A stretch of DNA of 64,000 nt from positions 38,378,001 to 38,442,000 of the forward strand of contig OX597824.1 of the NCBI GenBank assembly GCA_951406725.2, read 5' to 3'. The stretch's first letter is position 1. Every line of letters starts with the position of its first letter. Of the stretch, positions 12,857-25,425 are shown piece by piece. This DNA is from Octopus vulgaris. Its lineage: Eukaryota. The notes beneath the pieces are model-generated. The model ran no database searches. It saw only the letters and a list, made by a program, of their open reading frames with translations, and was not told where the DNA came from. The position numbers and the translations under genes were made by a program.

Positions 12857-12921
12857 TAGCTTTCACTTAAAAAATGTCTTGAAAACTTCCCACAGCCTTG
12901 GCTATGTTGTCTCATTTTATT

Positions 12922-12967
<46 letters not shown>

Positions 12968-13192
12968 ATTACTAAAGAATATAGATCATTTTCTGATGGA
13001 GTTTGTAGCTTACAAATTCTTCGATCTAGGAAACCTCTACATGTTCACTCAACATGTTCGAAATAACCGCATGATTCTCCTTGAATTCACACCATACCAC
13101 TTTAGAAAATGAAGACACATTGGGTAGTTCTCTTCAAGCTGCACCACAACTGAAATAAAAATCATTTGCAAAGGCTGTAACGTTTTTGATTA

Positions 13193-14594
13193 TACAACCC
13201 AACAAGTATTTTGTTGTCAAAACGTTTTTACCTGATTTAAAGGTTTTTAAAAAATTTTTTTGATATACTGAATCCAGAACTGGGAACCATTTTTTTACCA
13301 TCACGTCTAAGTTTCAAGATACCCAAACCCCAATCATCAGTGGGTGATATGCATGGACTTAATAAAGATTATAAATTTTCTGCTCGATCAACAAAGCGTA
13401 TACATCAAATATCTATGCGTTTTATGCATGTGGGACATCAAAGCTAGGGAAAACACTGGATGTCAAAGAATGTCTACAGCAAACATTAGTCCGAGGGTTT
13501 TTTAATGTGGTTGATGAACCTTTCATTCAACCAGGAAAAACCATCATGCCTCTACTCCAAGCATTATGGCCATGCTTTCACTATATCTGCAGCACATTTT
13601 CCGGTTTGAGCAGTGGAAAGATAAAAGCTGGATTGTTTGATGGGCCTCAACTCAGAAAATTGATGAAAAATGTGAACTTTGTAAATTCAATGTACTGCAT
13701 TGATGCAGCAGCTTGGAATTCATCTTTAATAGTCGTAAATGACTCTCTGGACAACAAGAAAGCAGGCGTCTCTATTGAAATGGTGGACAATATGCTGGAG
13801 GACTTTCAGGTAAAGCTAAAAGAAAGCTACATTTTTGAGTCATACCAGCTGTTTCCTGGTTTCATGGCGTATATATCTCCCGCCTGGTCAGGACGTCGGT
13901 CCGTCGCAGGATTGCTCAATTTTGCCAGTTGAGTAGACTGGAGCAACGTGAAATGAAGTGTTTTTCTCAAGAACACAAAACGCGTCGCCTGCTCCAGAAT
14001 CGAAACCACAATCTTTCGATCATGGGTCCAATCACAAAGCCACGCACTTCCACTAAGGGAACTTTCAGAAGGTGGTACAAATACGAGCATAATGATACAC
14101 TACCTCCACAGTCATGTTGATAAATTCCCTGAAAATCTTGGTGAAACAAGTGACAAGCAGGGATGATATGTCCACCAAGACATAAAATCAATGGAACGAA
14201 AGTATTAAGACAGACAGAACTTGCATAGGATGGTAGACTATTTCTGGAACTTGGCTTGTGATCTTCCTGAGATTTAGTTGTCGAGAAAATCAGCCACACG
14301 CAAATTCATTGGAAATTAGGCATAAATATTGTAATTTGTCTCTAGAAATTTCACGATTTTTATTGGTTTGCAGTACAATCTTAGAAAACATTCCGGTTTT
14401 GAGAGAAAACTAATTTCTGTGTATCTTTGTATGTTATGCCTTGTTTTATCGAAAAGTTTTATGAATCCAGTATCTTAAAAGTTTGACGTGATAGTAACAA
14501 ACGGGTGTCGTTTTTGGATTCTGTGTGTCAAAAAAACTCTAGTTCAGATCCTAATTTTTGGGATAAAAGAAGAAAGTTTTTTTGTTGGTGTGTG
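13193..14594 (+). mobile_element. Internally deleted Chapaev3-type (CMC) DNA transposon
   Basis: TTA on both flanks. Ends TACAACCCAACAA / TTGTTGGTGTGTG. Transposase remnants WVICMDL...LCMWD and FSGLSSGKIKAGLFDGPQLRKLM. Confidence 0.75.
13825..14053 (-). mobile_element. SINE family C nested in Chapaev3 element
   Basis: Shares CTGGAGCAACGTGAAAT..AGTG..TCAAG.ACAC core with copies at 31404 and 35255. Confidence 0.75.
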
Positions 14595-14894
14595 TTATAG
14601 ATCTGATATAGATCTTGAAGAATAAACAACTACAACGACAACAACTGTAACAACTAGCTTCAAAATTTAACGAAATTTTCTCTTTGATCTGTTTGGTTGT
14701 TCTTATTTGTTTTATTTATTGAAATATTTGTTTCCAGTGTTTCGGTAATGGTACATATTTTCCTGAAAGTGCCGTTTATAGGCAAAAGTTACTATGCGTT
14801 CCGTGATCAGGGGTTCATCACTTTATTATCAGTCTTATTAATAATATAAAGGAACTGGGTTGGAGGGGGTCAAATGAAAGTGTTGATGTCTATG

Positions 14895-14900
14895 TTTATT
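14895..14900 (-). promoter_or_regulatory. Candidate polyadenylation signal AATAAA of the membrane-protein gene
   Basis: About 105 nt past the stop codon at 15006. Further AATAAA at 14822-14827 and ~14711-14720. Confidence 0.45.
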
Positions 14901-15005
14901 TTTTTTACTTCCCAGAGTCAAGAGAATAACTGCAAATCGGACCTCTGCTACAGTATGTACGATGCACTGAGAGCTTATCGCCGACATTTTTAATTACTCG
15001 CTAGT

Positions 15006-15974
15006 TTATAGAAAACGTGTAAGTAGTGAATGCAGATGGAAACCATTGACGAGAATTATTTGGAAAATTCTTCCCAACATGATTTGTTCGGGTACCAATC
15101 TAGTCAACCAGTTTATTTTTGTGGTGTTTGATTCGCTATTTAAGTCTTGTAGTTGTCCTGCAACTAACTGTACAATGACGAAATGAATGCAAAGTTTGTA
15201 GACTAAAGGTGAAAACCGAATCCAAGAACTGGAAGGCGTCTCAATGTCTTGTTGTTCTTCTAATTCTTTATCTTCGATCTTTTCTTTAAAGAGAGACCAT
15301 AGGAATTCGAAACAGTCGCCGTTACACCATATTACACTGCTGAGTCTTAAGGCCACTTTCCCGATGAATAACGGTGTGAGAAATACTTGCGAAACTATAT
15401 TTTTTTCGCCCGGAGACATTTGCCACAACCAGTTGAATGATCGAACTGATGCATTGTGGGATTTCTCAACAACGAGGAGATTCGAGAGCTTTTGACAAGA
15501 TTGGCGTTGTTGTCCTTCGCGTCTCATCACATACATGACGATAGTGCTGATAAAGAAAATGAACGAATTCTCCCAGAGACTTCTGTCCATATACCATGTA
15601 GTGAAGTGGTTAAATAGAGTTAGGATCAAAATGGTCCCTAGCCACCAGTCAACTTCGAAGTATTTTGAAATAATAGTAAGCGTCATGGAATAGCTGACGA
15701 TTGAAATAATGGCGAAGTAGCGAAGGTAAGATGGCAGAGCCGTCCTCTTTGTTGAACTGTACGAGTCTTTAGGTTCATTGTTATCATCGTAATGAATGTC
15801 GGATCCACGGATCAAAATGAAAACGGTGAACTCTGTCAATTGACTTATTATGAAAAAGACTTCTTGAAGAAGTAAATAAGGTTCCGATAGTTGTAGGAAT
15901 ATGTTGTAAATCCATGTCAAATAGTAAGGCACAAAATCCACTGGTATAATCCAAGGGAGAAGGAAAAGTAAGGC
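15006..15974 (-). CDS. Terminal coding exon of a multi-pass membrane protein, Ice2-like (fungal ER Ice2/SERINC superfamily, not the vertebrate ICE2 gene)
   Basis: 322 uninterrupted non-repetitive codons. Strong acceptor TTTTATTTTATTTTTCAG|GCC, in frame (ALLFLLPWIIPVDFVP...). Several hydrophobic helices. Motifs FLQLSEPYLLLQEVFFII, SLWENSFIFF, FLTPLFIGKVALRL and RFSPLV. Confidence 0.85.
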   Translation of the reverse strand, partial: ALLFLLPWIIPVDFVPYYLTWIYNIFLQLSEPYLLLQEVFFIISQLTEFTVFILIRGSDIHYDDNNEPKDSYSSTKRTALPSYLRYFAIISIVSYSMTLTIISKYFEVDWWLGTILILTLFNHFTTWYMDRSLWENSFIFFISTIVMYVMRREGQQRQSCQKLSNLLVVEKSHNASVRSFNWLWQMSPGEKNIVSQVFLTPLFIGKVALRLSSVIWCNGDCFEFLWSLFKEKIEDKELEEQQDIETPSSSWIRFSPLVYKLCIHFVIVQLVAGQLQDLNSESNTTKINWLTRLVPEQIMLGRIFQIILVNGFHLHSLLTRFL

Positions 15975-16034
15975 CTGAAAAATAAAATAAAAATGATGTT
16001 ATTAATGGTTGAGTACAGGTATAAGAAGAGAAAC

Positions 16035-16103
16035 GTGTATTGGGTTTCCGAACATGAATAGCACTGGAATGATAGAAACAACACGAGGAAGAATAGGTCT
16101 CGC
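16035..16103 (-). CDS. Internal coding exon (ARPILPRVVSIIPVLFMFGNPIH) of the same gene
   Basis: Acceptor GCTAATGCCTCTGATTTCAG with a branch-like CTAAT, phase 0-0. A 60-nt GT-AG intron (16034-15975) removes an in-frame TAA. The donor CAC|GTTTCT is weak. Confidence 0.6.
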
Positions 16104-16221
16104 CTGAAATCAGAGGCATTAGCATAAATGAAAGAAGGCACCAACGAAAAAAAAAAAAAACACGGTAACAAGGAGTAGTCGACGATACATACGCACACAC
16201 ATACATATCTTATATATATAC

Positions 16222-16286
<65 letters not shown>

Positions 16287-16299
16287 TATATATATACAC

Positions 16300-16515
16300 T
16301 TTACTCTCTTTTACTCTTTTACTTGTTTCAGTCATTTGACTGCGGCCATGCTGGAGCACCGCCTTTTAGTCGAGCAAATCGACCCCGGGACTCACTCTCT
16401 GCAAGCCCAGCACTTATTCTATCGGTCTCTTTTGCCGAACCGCTAAGTGACGGGGACGTAAACACACCAGCATCGGTTGTCAAGCAATGCTAGGGGGACA
16501 AACACAGACACACAA

Positions 16516-16554
<39 letters not shown>

Positions 16555-16723
16555 CATATATACGACAGGCTTCTTTCAGTTTCCGTCTACCAAATCCACT
16601 CACAAGGCATTGGTCGGCCCGGGGCTATAGCAGAAGACACTTGCCCAAGATGCCACGCAGTGGGACTGAACCCGCAACCGTGTGGTTGGTTAGCAAGCTA
16701 CTTACCACACAGCCACTCCTGCG
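16300..16723 (-). mobile_element. SINE family A, full-length
   Basis: Reverse complement of the 12140-12570 family with head and tail intact. Confidence 0.9.
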
Positions 16724-16790
16724 ATATATATATATATTAATATTTCTAAGTCACTCTAAAGGAAACTACGGCAGCTGTAATGGATATTAT

Positions 16791-16864
16791 TAGATATCGC
16801 CAAGCTAACGTGGCAGTCCAGACAAAAATTTTTCTGGACTGCCATGTTAGCTTGGCGATAACTA
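16791..16864. repeat. Inverted repeat / hairpin
   Basis: TATCGCCAAGCTAACGTGGCAGTCCAGA ... TCTGGACTGCCATGTTAGCTTGGCGATA. Confidence 0.9.
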
Positions 16865-16902
16865 TTAATATATATATATATATACATATATACATACATA
16901 AT

Positions 16903-16975
<73 letters not shown>

Positions 16976-17478
16976 AATGGAACAAAAATGCAATAGAGGG
17001 CATTAAAACATTCGGATAGATAGACGATACATAGGCGAACAAGAGAAACAGCAATTAGAAGGACAGGCAAAAAAGGACGGTTCTTTCTTGGCTTTCTTTC
17101 ATCAGTCATGTCCCAGAAGTCTCGACCATTTCGGACAGTTACACACGAGATGGTTCGATCTAGTTGCTCTCTAAGCTAAGAACATTAGACCCCTTTGTAA
17201 GAAAGCTAGTGAATGTGCATGGCATCAAAGACAAAAAAACAACAACAAACAAACTAGGAAACGGAGAACATGGTACACAATCACGAATACAAACAGCAAG
17301 AATAACAACAGGCGTCTTTCGACTGAGAACGAATCAAATTGAGCTGGCGTGTATGAAGTGAAAGCCTAATGGCAAGAACATGGGAGATGGACACAAGAGG
17401 TGTTGACGTTCGGCAGTTTGGCCAAGAAAGAAAGATCATGGCTGACCGGACACCGGTCACGTGGAAGGAGGAGAGATG

Positions 17479-17520
<42 letters not shown>

Positions 17521-17740
17521 TATATATAAATTAGAGATTTATATTTTACATATATTTATATTTATATTTATATTTATATTTACAATGTTTGAGTTGCATA
17601 ATAGTGGTTTTATCTCTAATTTATATTTTATATATTTTTATATATTTATATATTTATACTGCAAAATTTGATTTAATACTAAATTGAATTTTTCCTCGTA
17701 AGTTTGGAGTTATACTCCCTAATATTATAATTATAATAAT

Positions 17741-17790
<50 letters not shown>

Positions 17791-18752
17791 TGTATGTATG
17801 TATGTATGTATGTATATCCATGTTTGATTTTATGTCAGATCATAATAGAAAGAATTCTACATTCAATAGAAGGTTTATCGAATACTTTTTGTAGAGCATA
17901 TATTTATTCCTTAACAAGATGTGTCATGGCAGTGATTTCGAAGTCCAGGTCTACTAGCTTTCATATTATAATGCCGGTGTGAATATACATACATACATAC
18001 ATGCATATGTGTGTGTGTGTGTGTGTATCCTTGCGTGAGTGTATGAAATGATAAAGCTTCCGGTGTTTCCTATTGCAGGATTTCCTTATATGTTATCGGT
18101 GTCCCCGCAACCCACATTACATCCTATTCATCTTAACGTGATAGTTCCGGTAAGTCGACTATTGACATCAAACGATGCTTTTTCGTCATCATTTTAAAAC
18201 CCACAAGTGACATCAATGGTGTGAAGAGGAAGCGTTTAGAGAAACTTATCGCCTTTTATATGGCGTCCAAACACCTATTCAGAATAGCAGCCGTAAGAGT
18301 ACGAAACTCTCGTAAATATCTAGTACCGTATTTAGGACGATATCATAACCATGTCATAGACTGTGTGAAAGTTACCAAACGGCGAGTTGACTTTAAACAT
18401 ATGTACAAATATATATATATATGTGTGTGTGTATCTGTGTCTGTGTAATATATGTATTTTATAATGTACATATATAGTGATTCCAAATTTTGGCAAAAGA
18501 CCAGCAATTTCAGGAGTAGGGGATAAATCGATTCGTGAGATGCAGCACGGAATTTTGTCAGTAAACAGGTCGCGGTCTCAAAGCGACGAAAATATTTTGG
18601 CAAATTAAATTTAAATGTTGAAGTGAATCTAACGGTTTTTGTGTATTTCTTAAATGGCTTATAAACACCTTCCACGCTGCAATTATTTTCATTCCAGCAC
18701 ACGATCTCAAATCAGGTCACTTGCTATGCAAGTACATCTCCGTAATAATTAT

Positions 18753-18781
<29 letters not shown>

Positions 18782-18783
<2 letters not shown>

Positions 18784-19349
18784 ATTATATTAAGGGAGCA
18801 AGGGCGAAAAAAACCCACCTATTGCTAACAGGCTTGAAAATGCGGAGGTATTCAGATACTACCAAAAAACTCCAAAAATATACACGGATTGTACGCGAGC
18901 GAGTGAAAAAACATTCAAAAGACTTCACGCTAATTATGAATTTGGTCCAATTTCTAGATTGAAGTCGTAAAAACAGAATACCATTTTATGCGGAGCTATT
19001 GTGATAATATACACGTGGTTGTGAAAAAGTATTGATCTGATTTCTCTTTGATCTATACGTGCAAATATTTGTATGTGGACGTGCGGATCTGTTTTGTACG
19101 GGTATATATAATGATTTGCATTTATATTTCTCTTGTATTGTGTTGACGAAGAAAAAGTTTGTTTTTACGGCTTTGTTCTAGAGATTGGACCCAATTCGCA
19201 ATTAACATGAAGTCTTTCTCATGTTTTTTCACTCGCTCGCCTACAATCCGAGTATATTTTTGGAGTCTTTCGGTATCATCTGAATGCCTCGGCATTTCCA
19301 AGCATGTTGGCCGTTTTTTCTTTTTCGCCCTTGCTCCTTTAATATAATT
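18782..19349. mobile_element. MITE with ~195-bp imperfect TIRs in a (TA)n context
   Basis: AATTATATTAAGGGAGCAAGGGCGAAAAA... mirrored by ...TTTTTCGCCCTTGCTCCTTTAATATAATT. Arms ~18782-18976 and ~19160-19349. Confidence 0.8.
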
Positions 19350-19464
19350 GTATACATATACATATATATATATATAATTATTAATTTAATGTATCAATTA
19401 CATTTTTTATTGCATGCTGACTTCCTGATAAAAATCATTAACGTGATTTTATCCTTATATTCTA

Positions 19465-19535
<71 letters not shown>

Positions 19536-19733
19536 TATAAATACTGACGAGGCAAAGCATTCGTAAATGCAAAGTCAGAAATCCGGGATCTGGAATATCC
19601 AGTAATTTTTTACGAGCTTCATCTTGTCTCTTTCTTTTCTCTCCGTGTTTGCGATATGGACAATTAAGGTCGTTTTAGAGTCAGATCATGGCTGCTATTT
19701 TCAGCATGGTGGTATCTCGTAGATACCCAAATT

Positions 19734-19789
<56 letters not shown>

Positions 19790-20254
19790 CTAAGCTTTAT
19801 TGCCAATTCTTCAATTGATAATGCAGAATTTTCTTCAAGTAATGCCTCAAGAATCTTATCATCAAACTCAACTGGACGACCTGTTTGATCTTCATCTTCA
19901 AGGCTGAAATCTCCACTTCTGAATTTTGCAAAGCGTCTTCTGATAGTTCTTTCATTCAAGCATCCTTTCCCATAAACTGAGTGTATGTTTCAAGTTGCTT
20001 CGTCTTCAGAGATTCCTTTTTTGTACTCATAAAGCATTATGTGCCTTAAATGCTCTTTGGATACTTCCATGTTAGAAAGGGTTTTAATCAAAGAAATTTT
20101 AATTCTATTAGTCTGTAAAATAATATCTATTTAGTTTAACAGTACACAAATGCATAGAAATAATTTTTAATTCCATTAGACATTCTAAAATACTATTAAA
20201 TTTCATTCGATTTTAAGAAAGGTAAATTTGGACAGAACTTATGTGATGACCTGA
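19790..20254 (-). mobile_element. Mariner 5' fragment
   Basis: TA|TCAGGTCATCACATAAGTTCTGTCC terminus. NERTIRRRFAKFRSGDFSLEDEDQTGRPVEFD. Confidence 0.85.
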
Positions 20255-20385
20255 TACATATACGTATGCATATATGCATATAAAGTTAATCTAAACATGA
20301 AAACACAAAGAGAAAACACAACAACGTGAGGACGTGGAACAAGTATAGTATTATTGGATGCTCAGGAAAGAAGGAAAGAAAGAGG

Positions 20386-20420
20386 GTTTAACGTTTCGAG
20401 CGGAGTTCTTCGTCAGAAAC
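20386..20420 (-). ncRNA. Minimal hammerhead-like motif in a PLE-type terminal repeat (~20285-20495)
   Basis: GUUU-CUGACGA-A-GAAC(UCC)GCUC-GAAA-C-GUU-AAAC. Stem III can only form in a dimer (ACGU palindrome). Confidence 0.55.
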
Positions 20421-20525
20421 ATAGGAAAAGGAAAGATCCAAAGAAAGGAAGACGGAGGAAAAAATCGCCAAAGGTACACACGTGGTCACATTTTGAATGT
20501 CTATCAGTCTGTCTGTGTGTGTGTG

Positions 20526-20641
<116 letters not shown>

Positions 20642-20794
20642 TAATAAGGGTTTTTTTTGCAACAATTTGCAAAAAAACCTTTATTATAATTATATAAATT
20701 TTTACCGATTATGGTCCTTTTCCATACCGAAATACTACAAGGTGAAATTTATTGATTTTATTAATTTAATTATATTTCATCCTTTATATATATA

Positions 20795-21891
20795 CTAGCA
20801 GTATCGCCCGGCGTTGCTCGGGTTTGTTTCGACCCGCTGGAATTGTAATTTTGAAAAGTAAAAATTTTGTGAACATTTTTCTGGTCGAAATACACCGAAA
20901 AGGGCGACACAGCAGTGAAAAAATCGTAAAAAATAGGGATTTTCATAGAAAAAAGCATCTTTTTGATGTAAATAATTTTTGGTGTTAACATGGTCCGATT
21001 TGAATTTTATGTTCTACGGAAGGAAGAGCAACCCTTCTTCTACCATACTCTCAATTTTGGTCAACTTGCGCCGCAGGGTCTCGGAGGAGATAGTGTTAGT
21101 TGAAGGTTACCATTCTAGGTGCCTGAGTAACAACCTCGCGGATTTACAGATAAATGAATTAATTACTATTTTACAGAATAAAATTAAATAATTCTTGAAA
21201 ATTAATTAATATTAATATTTTTTGAACAAAGTAAATAATTTTTAAAACTTAAATAATAATTTTTTTTACACAAACGCGAACGGGGAAAAGGGGGTGGCGA
21301 ATTCGATTTACATACCTAATTTTTTTCTTTTTCATGACATTGTAGCAAAATAGTAGTGAATTATATAAATACCAGCAGTACATTTTTTTTTCTGGGGTAT
21401 TTTTTTTCAACCTCGTCACATATTTGCCCCTTTCAATTTAAACAAAGTCTTAATTAAGCAATTACGGCAGCTTAGCAATGGTTTCAATACAGGCGTGACA
21501 TCTGTATCTCAATTGTTCAAAACCCTTCGAATTTTTTCGCACGTGATGATATCATAGTGAAAACTTTCAATTACGCGCGCTTAGAAGTACGCTCGCAAAT
21601 TAATACTACCAAAATTTTGAAGTTAGCGCTCCGCTTGTGTGTGTGTGTGTGTGTGTGTGTGCGTGCTTTAGGTGTACGTAGGTATGTGTTTTTGTGTGTG
21701 TGTGTCACTGAAGCCATACATACATATATACATACATAACCTCTCTCTCTCTTTTTCTCTCTCAGTCACTCACTACAAAAAGTGAATAAAAGAAGTTCAG
21801 TTATTTCTGTCTTTCACTCTGTCTGTCTCTTTACACACACTAACAAAAGCACTTCACTTACACACCACACTTTCTGTGTCGCACAACCCAT

Positions 21892-21926
<35 letters not shown>

Positions 21927-22463
21927 GCACGCACACATGTACATCAATGCTTTCGGAGTGAAATGTTAAAATATTGAGTTTTCTCGAATTTTGTCTTAAT
22001 TGGGGGTGAAATTGAAAGAAATATATTATGGCATGACCGAATGGAGTACTTTGGAGTAAACTCTAATTGAAGAAATTGTGTGAGGAGTAAATCGTTATGT
22101 ATTTATTTGTTTCTGTTTGCTGTGTTTTTTTTATTTTTTGAGTAGTGGTTTAAATACTTTCAGTTTAGTCTTCCTCAAATCATTCTGTCGCTATTTACTT
22201 TCATTTTATTCGTTGCACACTGTGTGTGTGCGTGTGCGTGTGGTGTAAACCACATTAAGAAAAGCATTTGACATACACACCAGAATGTGAGTTTTCTGTA
22301 AATTTTGCTTAATTGGAGTTTAAATTTTAAAAACTGGACCTGGCATGACCCGATGCATTCTACTCTTAAAAATGCTAGGTAAATTGTAATTGAAGAAATC
22401 CTATATTGTAGATTTCTATAAGTTACAAAGGGAGGCAGATAAAATCTGCCTTTTATAATAAGA
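20795..22463 (-). mobile_element. Non-autonomous Helitron, 1.67 kb
   Basis: A|TCTTATTATAAAAGGCAG ... CCCGAGCAACGCCGGG hairpin ... CTAG|T. Confidence 0.85.
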
Positions 22464-22489
22464 TATATATATATATATATATATATATA

Positions 22490-23126
22490 CTAGCAGTATC
22501 GCCCGGCGTTGCTCGGGTTTGTAAGGGAAATAACTATATAAGCATTTTTAGAGAGTTATAGCCAAAAAATAGCAAAAAATGCATTAAAAATGGAAAAAAT
22601 ATGATGGTAAATTTTTTTTTAAATCGTTGACTCATCGTAGACATTTTTAGAGAGTTACTTCCCTTATATAATAGCGAAAAAATGCATTAAAATGGAAAAA
22701 AAACGATGGTAAATTTTTTTTTAAATCGTAGACTCATGTAGACGCTTTCTTAGCCATTTCTGTTTTGGTGTCTTCAAGCCATGAAGTCGTTGTTCTAAAA
22801 GAACACTGGTCTCCTTGACAACGCATTACGACGTTGATTTCCTTACACTCCCTTCCCCACAGGTGCAGGTGTGAGCGTGGACGCCAACTCCGCCGCCATC
22901 GACACACGAAAAATTATGCATTAAAATGGAATAAAAAATGATGTTAAATTATTTTTAAAATCGTAGACTCATCGTAGACGCGCGCTAATATTCAGACGGG
23001 CTCGATATGAATCACGACTATAAGCTACCCGAATTTGGTTAAACTGTACCGCAAAATGTGGGAGTAGTTAGGAATCTAAATCGAAGGGGACAGACACTCA
23101 CACAACTACAGTTTTATATATATAGA
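22490..23126 (-). mobile_element. Non-autonomous Helitron, tandem with the previous one
   Basis: A|TCTATATATATAAAACTG ... same hairpin ... CTAG|T. Internal ~100-bp direct repeats. Confidence 0.9.
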
Positions 23127-23129
23127 TAT

Positions 23130-23518
23130 ACATAGCGCAGTAGTGGTGAGATATGACAGCAAAGAAAAGCATACATTCACTCTCTGCATGCAATTAGACT
23201 CGGAAAGTTCGTGAGGAACCCATTGACCCAATTTGCTGACTTTTCCGATAGCACACAGGTGTCAATGAATGGTTGAATGACCAAATCCAAGCTTCTCTGC
23301 TAGTTCCTCAACAGTTACGATGATATTTTGTTCCACCAGGGTTTTCAGGATGTCCTTGTCGAGTTCTATAGATCTTTCAGGATGAGGCTCGTCTTCTAGG
23401 CTGTAGTTTATGGCTCGGGATTTCTGGAACCACCATTGACACTGCCTTACGCTTATTGTCCAATCCCCATATACTGCATTAATATTTCTTGTACTTTGCA
23501 CACATTTATATTCTGTTA
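23130..23518 (-). mobile_element. Mariner transposase fragment
   Basis: RNINAVYGDWTISVRQCQWWFQK...SLEDEP...TVEELAEKLGFGHSTIH. Confidence 0.8.
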
Positions 23519-23903
23519 TCTCTCTATATATAAACGGCAGTTTGTCTGTGCGTGTTTCTGTGTGTCTGTTTGCTTGTACCCTCACCCTGACCACGGCTTT
23601 CAACCGATTCTGATGAAACTTGACACACACATAGCCCAATGTCATAATTCAAAACTAACGCAGCGAAAATTTTGAAAAGTTCCCCCAGTTCTGAAAAGAA
23701 TCGATAAATTCCACATAGGGTCGAGAATCAGAAACACGAACCACAAACTGTCTAGGGGACGCAACTCCACCTTTTTTAAATCTCAAAAAAAAATTTACCA
23801 TAATTTTTTTCCATTTTTTTGCTATTTTTTGGCTATAACTCTCTAAAAATGCTTTATAGTTATTTCCCTTACAAACCTGAGCAACGCCGGGCGATACTGC
23901 TAG
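23519..23903 (+). mobile_element. Non-autonomous Helitron
   Basis: A|TCTCTCTATATATAAACGGCAG ... CCTGAGCAACGCCGGGCGATACTGCTAG|T. Confidence 0.9.
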
Positions 23904-24129
23904 TTCTTTTATATGTTTCAGCCTTGAGGTTGTGGCCATGCTGGATCATGTGTGTGTGTGTGTGTGTGTGTCTATCTGTCTGTCTGTATGTATATATGTA
24001 TATGTATGTGTGTGAACAATAATATTTTCAACAGATGTGTTGCAAATGTATCTGATTGTTCTCAAGCTTCAATACTGTGTGTGTGTGTATGTGTGTGTGT
24101 ATGTATGTATGTATATGTATGTATGTATG

Positions 24130-24160
<31 letters not shown>

Positions 24161-24196
24161 GTGTATGTATGTATGTGTGTGTGTATGTATGTGTGT

Positions 24197-24248
<52 letters not shown>

Positions 24249-24387
24249 ATGTATGTATGTATGTATGTATGTATGAGTGTATGTTTACTTTATTACTAAT
24301 TACTCTCTTCCAAGAACATTTTCACTCACTCTTAACTCTTAGCTTCCCATACATTTTACTCATATATCTATCAGCGTCATAGACAGA

Positions 24388-24694
24388 ATACTTTCACTTT
24401 AGTCTTCCTCAAATCACTCTGTCGCTATTTACTTTCATTTTATTCGTTGCCCACTGTGTGTGTGCGTTTGCGTGTGGTGTAAACCAGACTAAGAAAAGCA
24501 TTTGACACACACACCAGAATGTGAGTTTTCTGTAAATTTTGCTTAATTGGAGTTTAAATTTTAAAAACTGGACCTGGCATGACGCGATGCACTGTACTCT
24601 CAAAAATGCCAGGTAAATTGTAATTGAAGAAATCCTATATTGTAGATTTCTATAACTCCCAAAGGGAGGCAGATAAAATCTGCCTTTTATAATA

Positions 24695-24699
<5 letters not shown>
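24388..24699 (-). mobile_element. Helitron 5' portion only
   Basis: Close copy of 22155-22463. Confidence 0.8.
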
Positions 24700-24757
<58 letters not shown>

Positions 24758-24900
24758 CAGACAGACTGATAGACAGTCAGATAGAGAGTGAGAGCGAGTA
24801 AGAGAAGGAGATAAGAGAGGGTTGAAAGAGGAAAAGGAAGAGAAAGAAATGTTAACTTCAAAATAAGTGTTCTTTTAGTTGTCAGTGTCCCGTTCATTAC

Positions 24901-24981
24901 CTTGCTTGTTTTACATTCATTCATCTGTTTTGGTGATGCGTAGTTTTCGCCACCTACAACCGTCATAACACCACTGACTTC
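24901..24981 (-). CDS. Candidate 81-nt symmetric internal exon (EVSGVMTVVGGENYASPKQMNECKTSK) of the membrane-protein gene
   Basis: TTTTGCAG acceptor, AAG|GTAATG donor, open in phase 0-0. An island of unique sequence among repeats. Confidence 0.55.
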
Positions 24982-25012
24982 CTGCAAAACACACACACAC
25001 ACAATCACATAT

Positions 25013-25104
<92 letters not shown>

Positions 25105-25250
25105 TGAAACATACGTATATATACGTATACATATACACGTGTGGGCGGTGTATGCTGTAATACATGCATGGATAACGATCTTTCAAACTATATTTATTCA
25201 TACGTACATGCATGAATACGTATATACATACCTGTACACACACGCACACT

Positions 25251-25283
<33 letters not shown>

Positions 25284-25387
25284 AAAAAGACTATATATGC
25301 GTGTGTGTAAGTGTGCCTGTGTGCGCGTCAGTGTGGGCCTGTGGGAATATAGCCATAAACGCAGACACATGCACACACACACACACA

Positions 25388-25425
<38 letters not shown>

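Noticed and set aside
15939-15941. Start codon of the 311-aa ORF in the track
   Set aside because: It is a GTG inside an exon. The frame continues to a strong splice acceptor at 15975.
19544-19600. CTGACGA...GAAA hammerhead-like core
   Set aside because: A stem II is possible, but no stem I could be formed.
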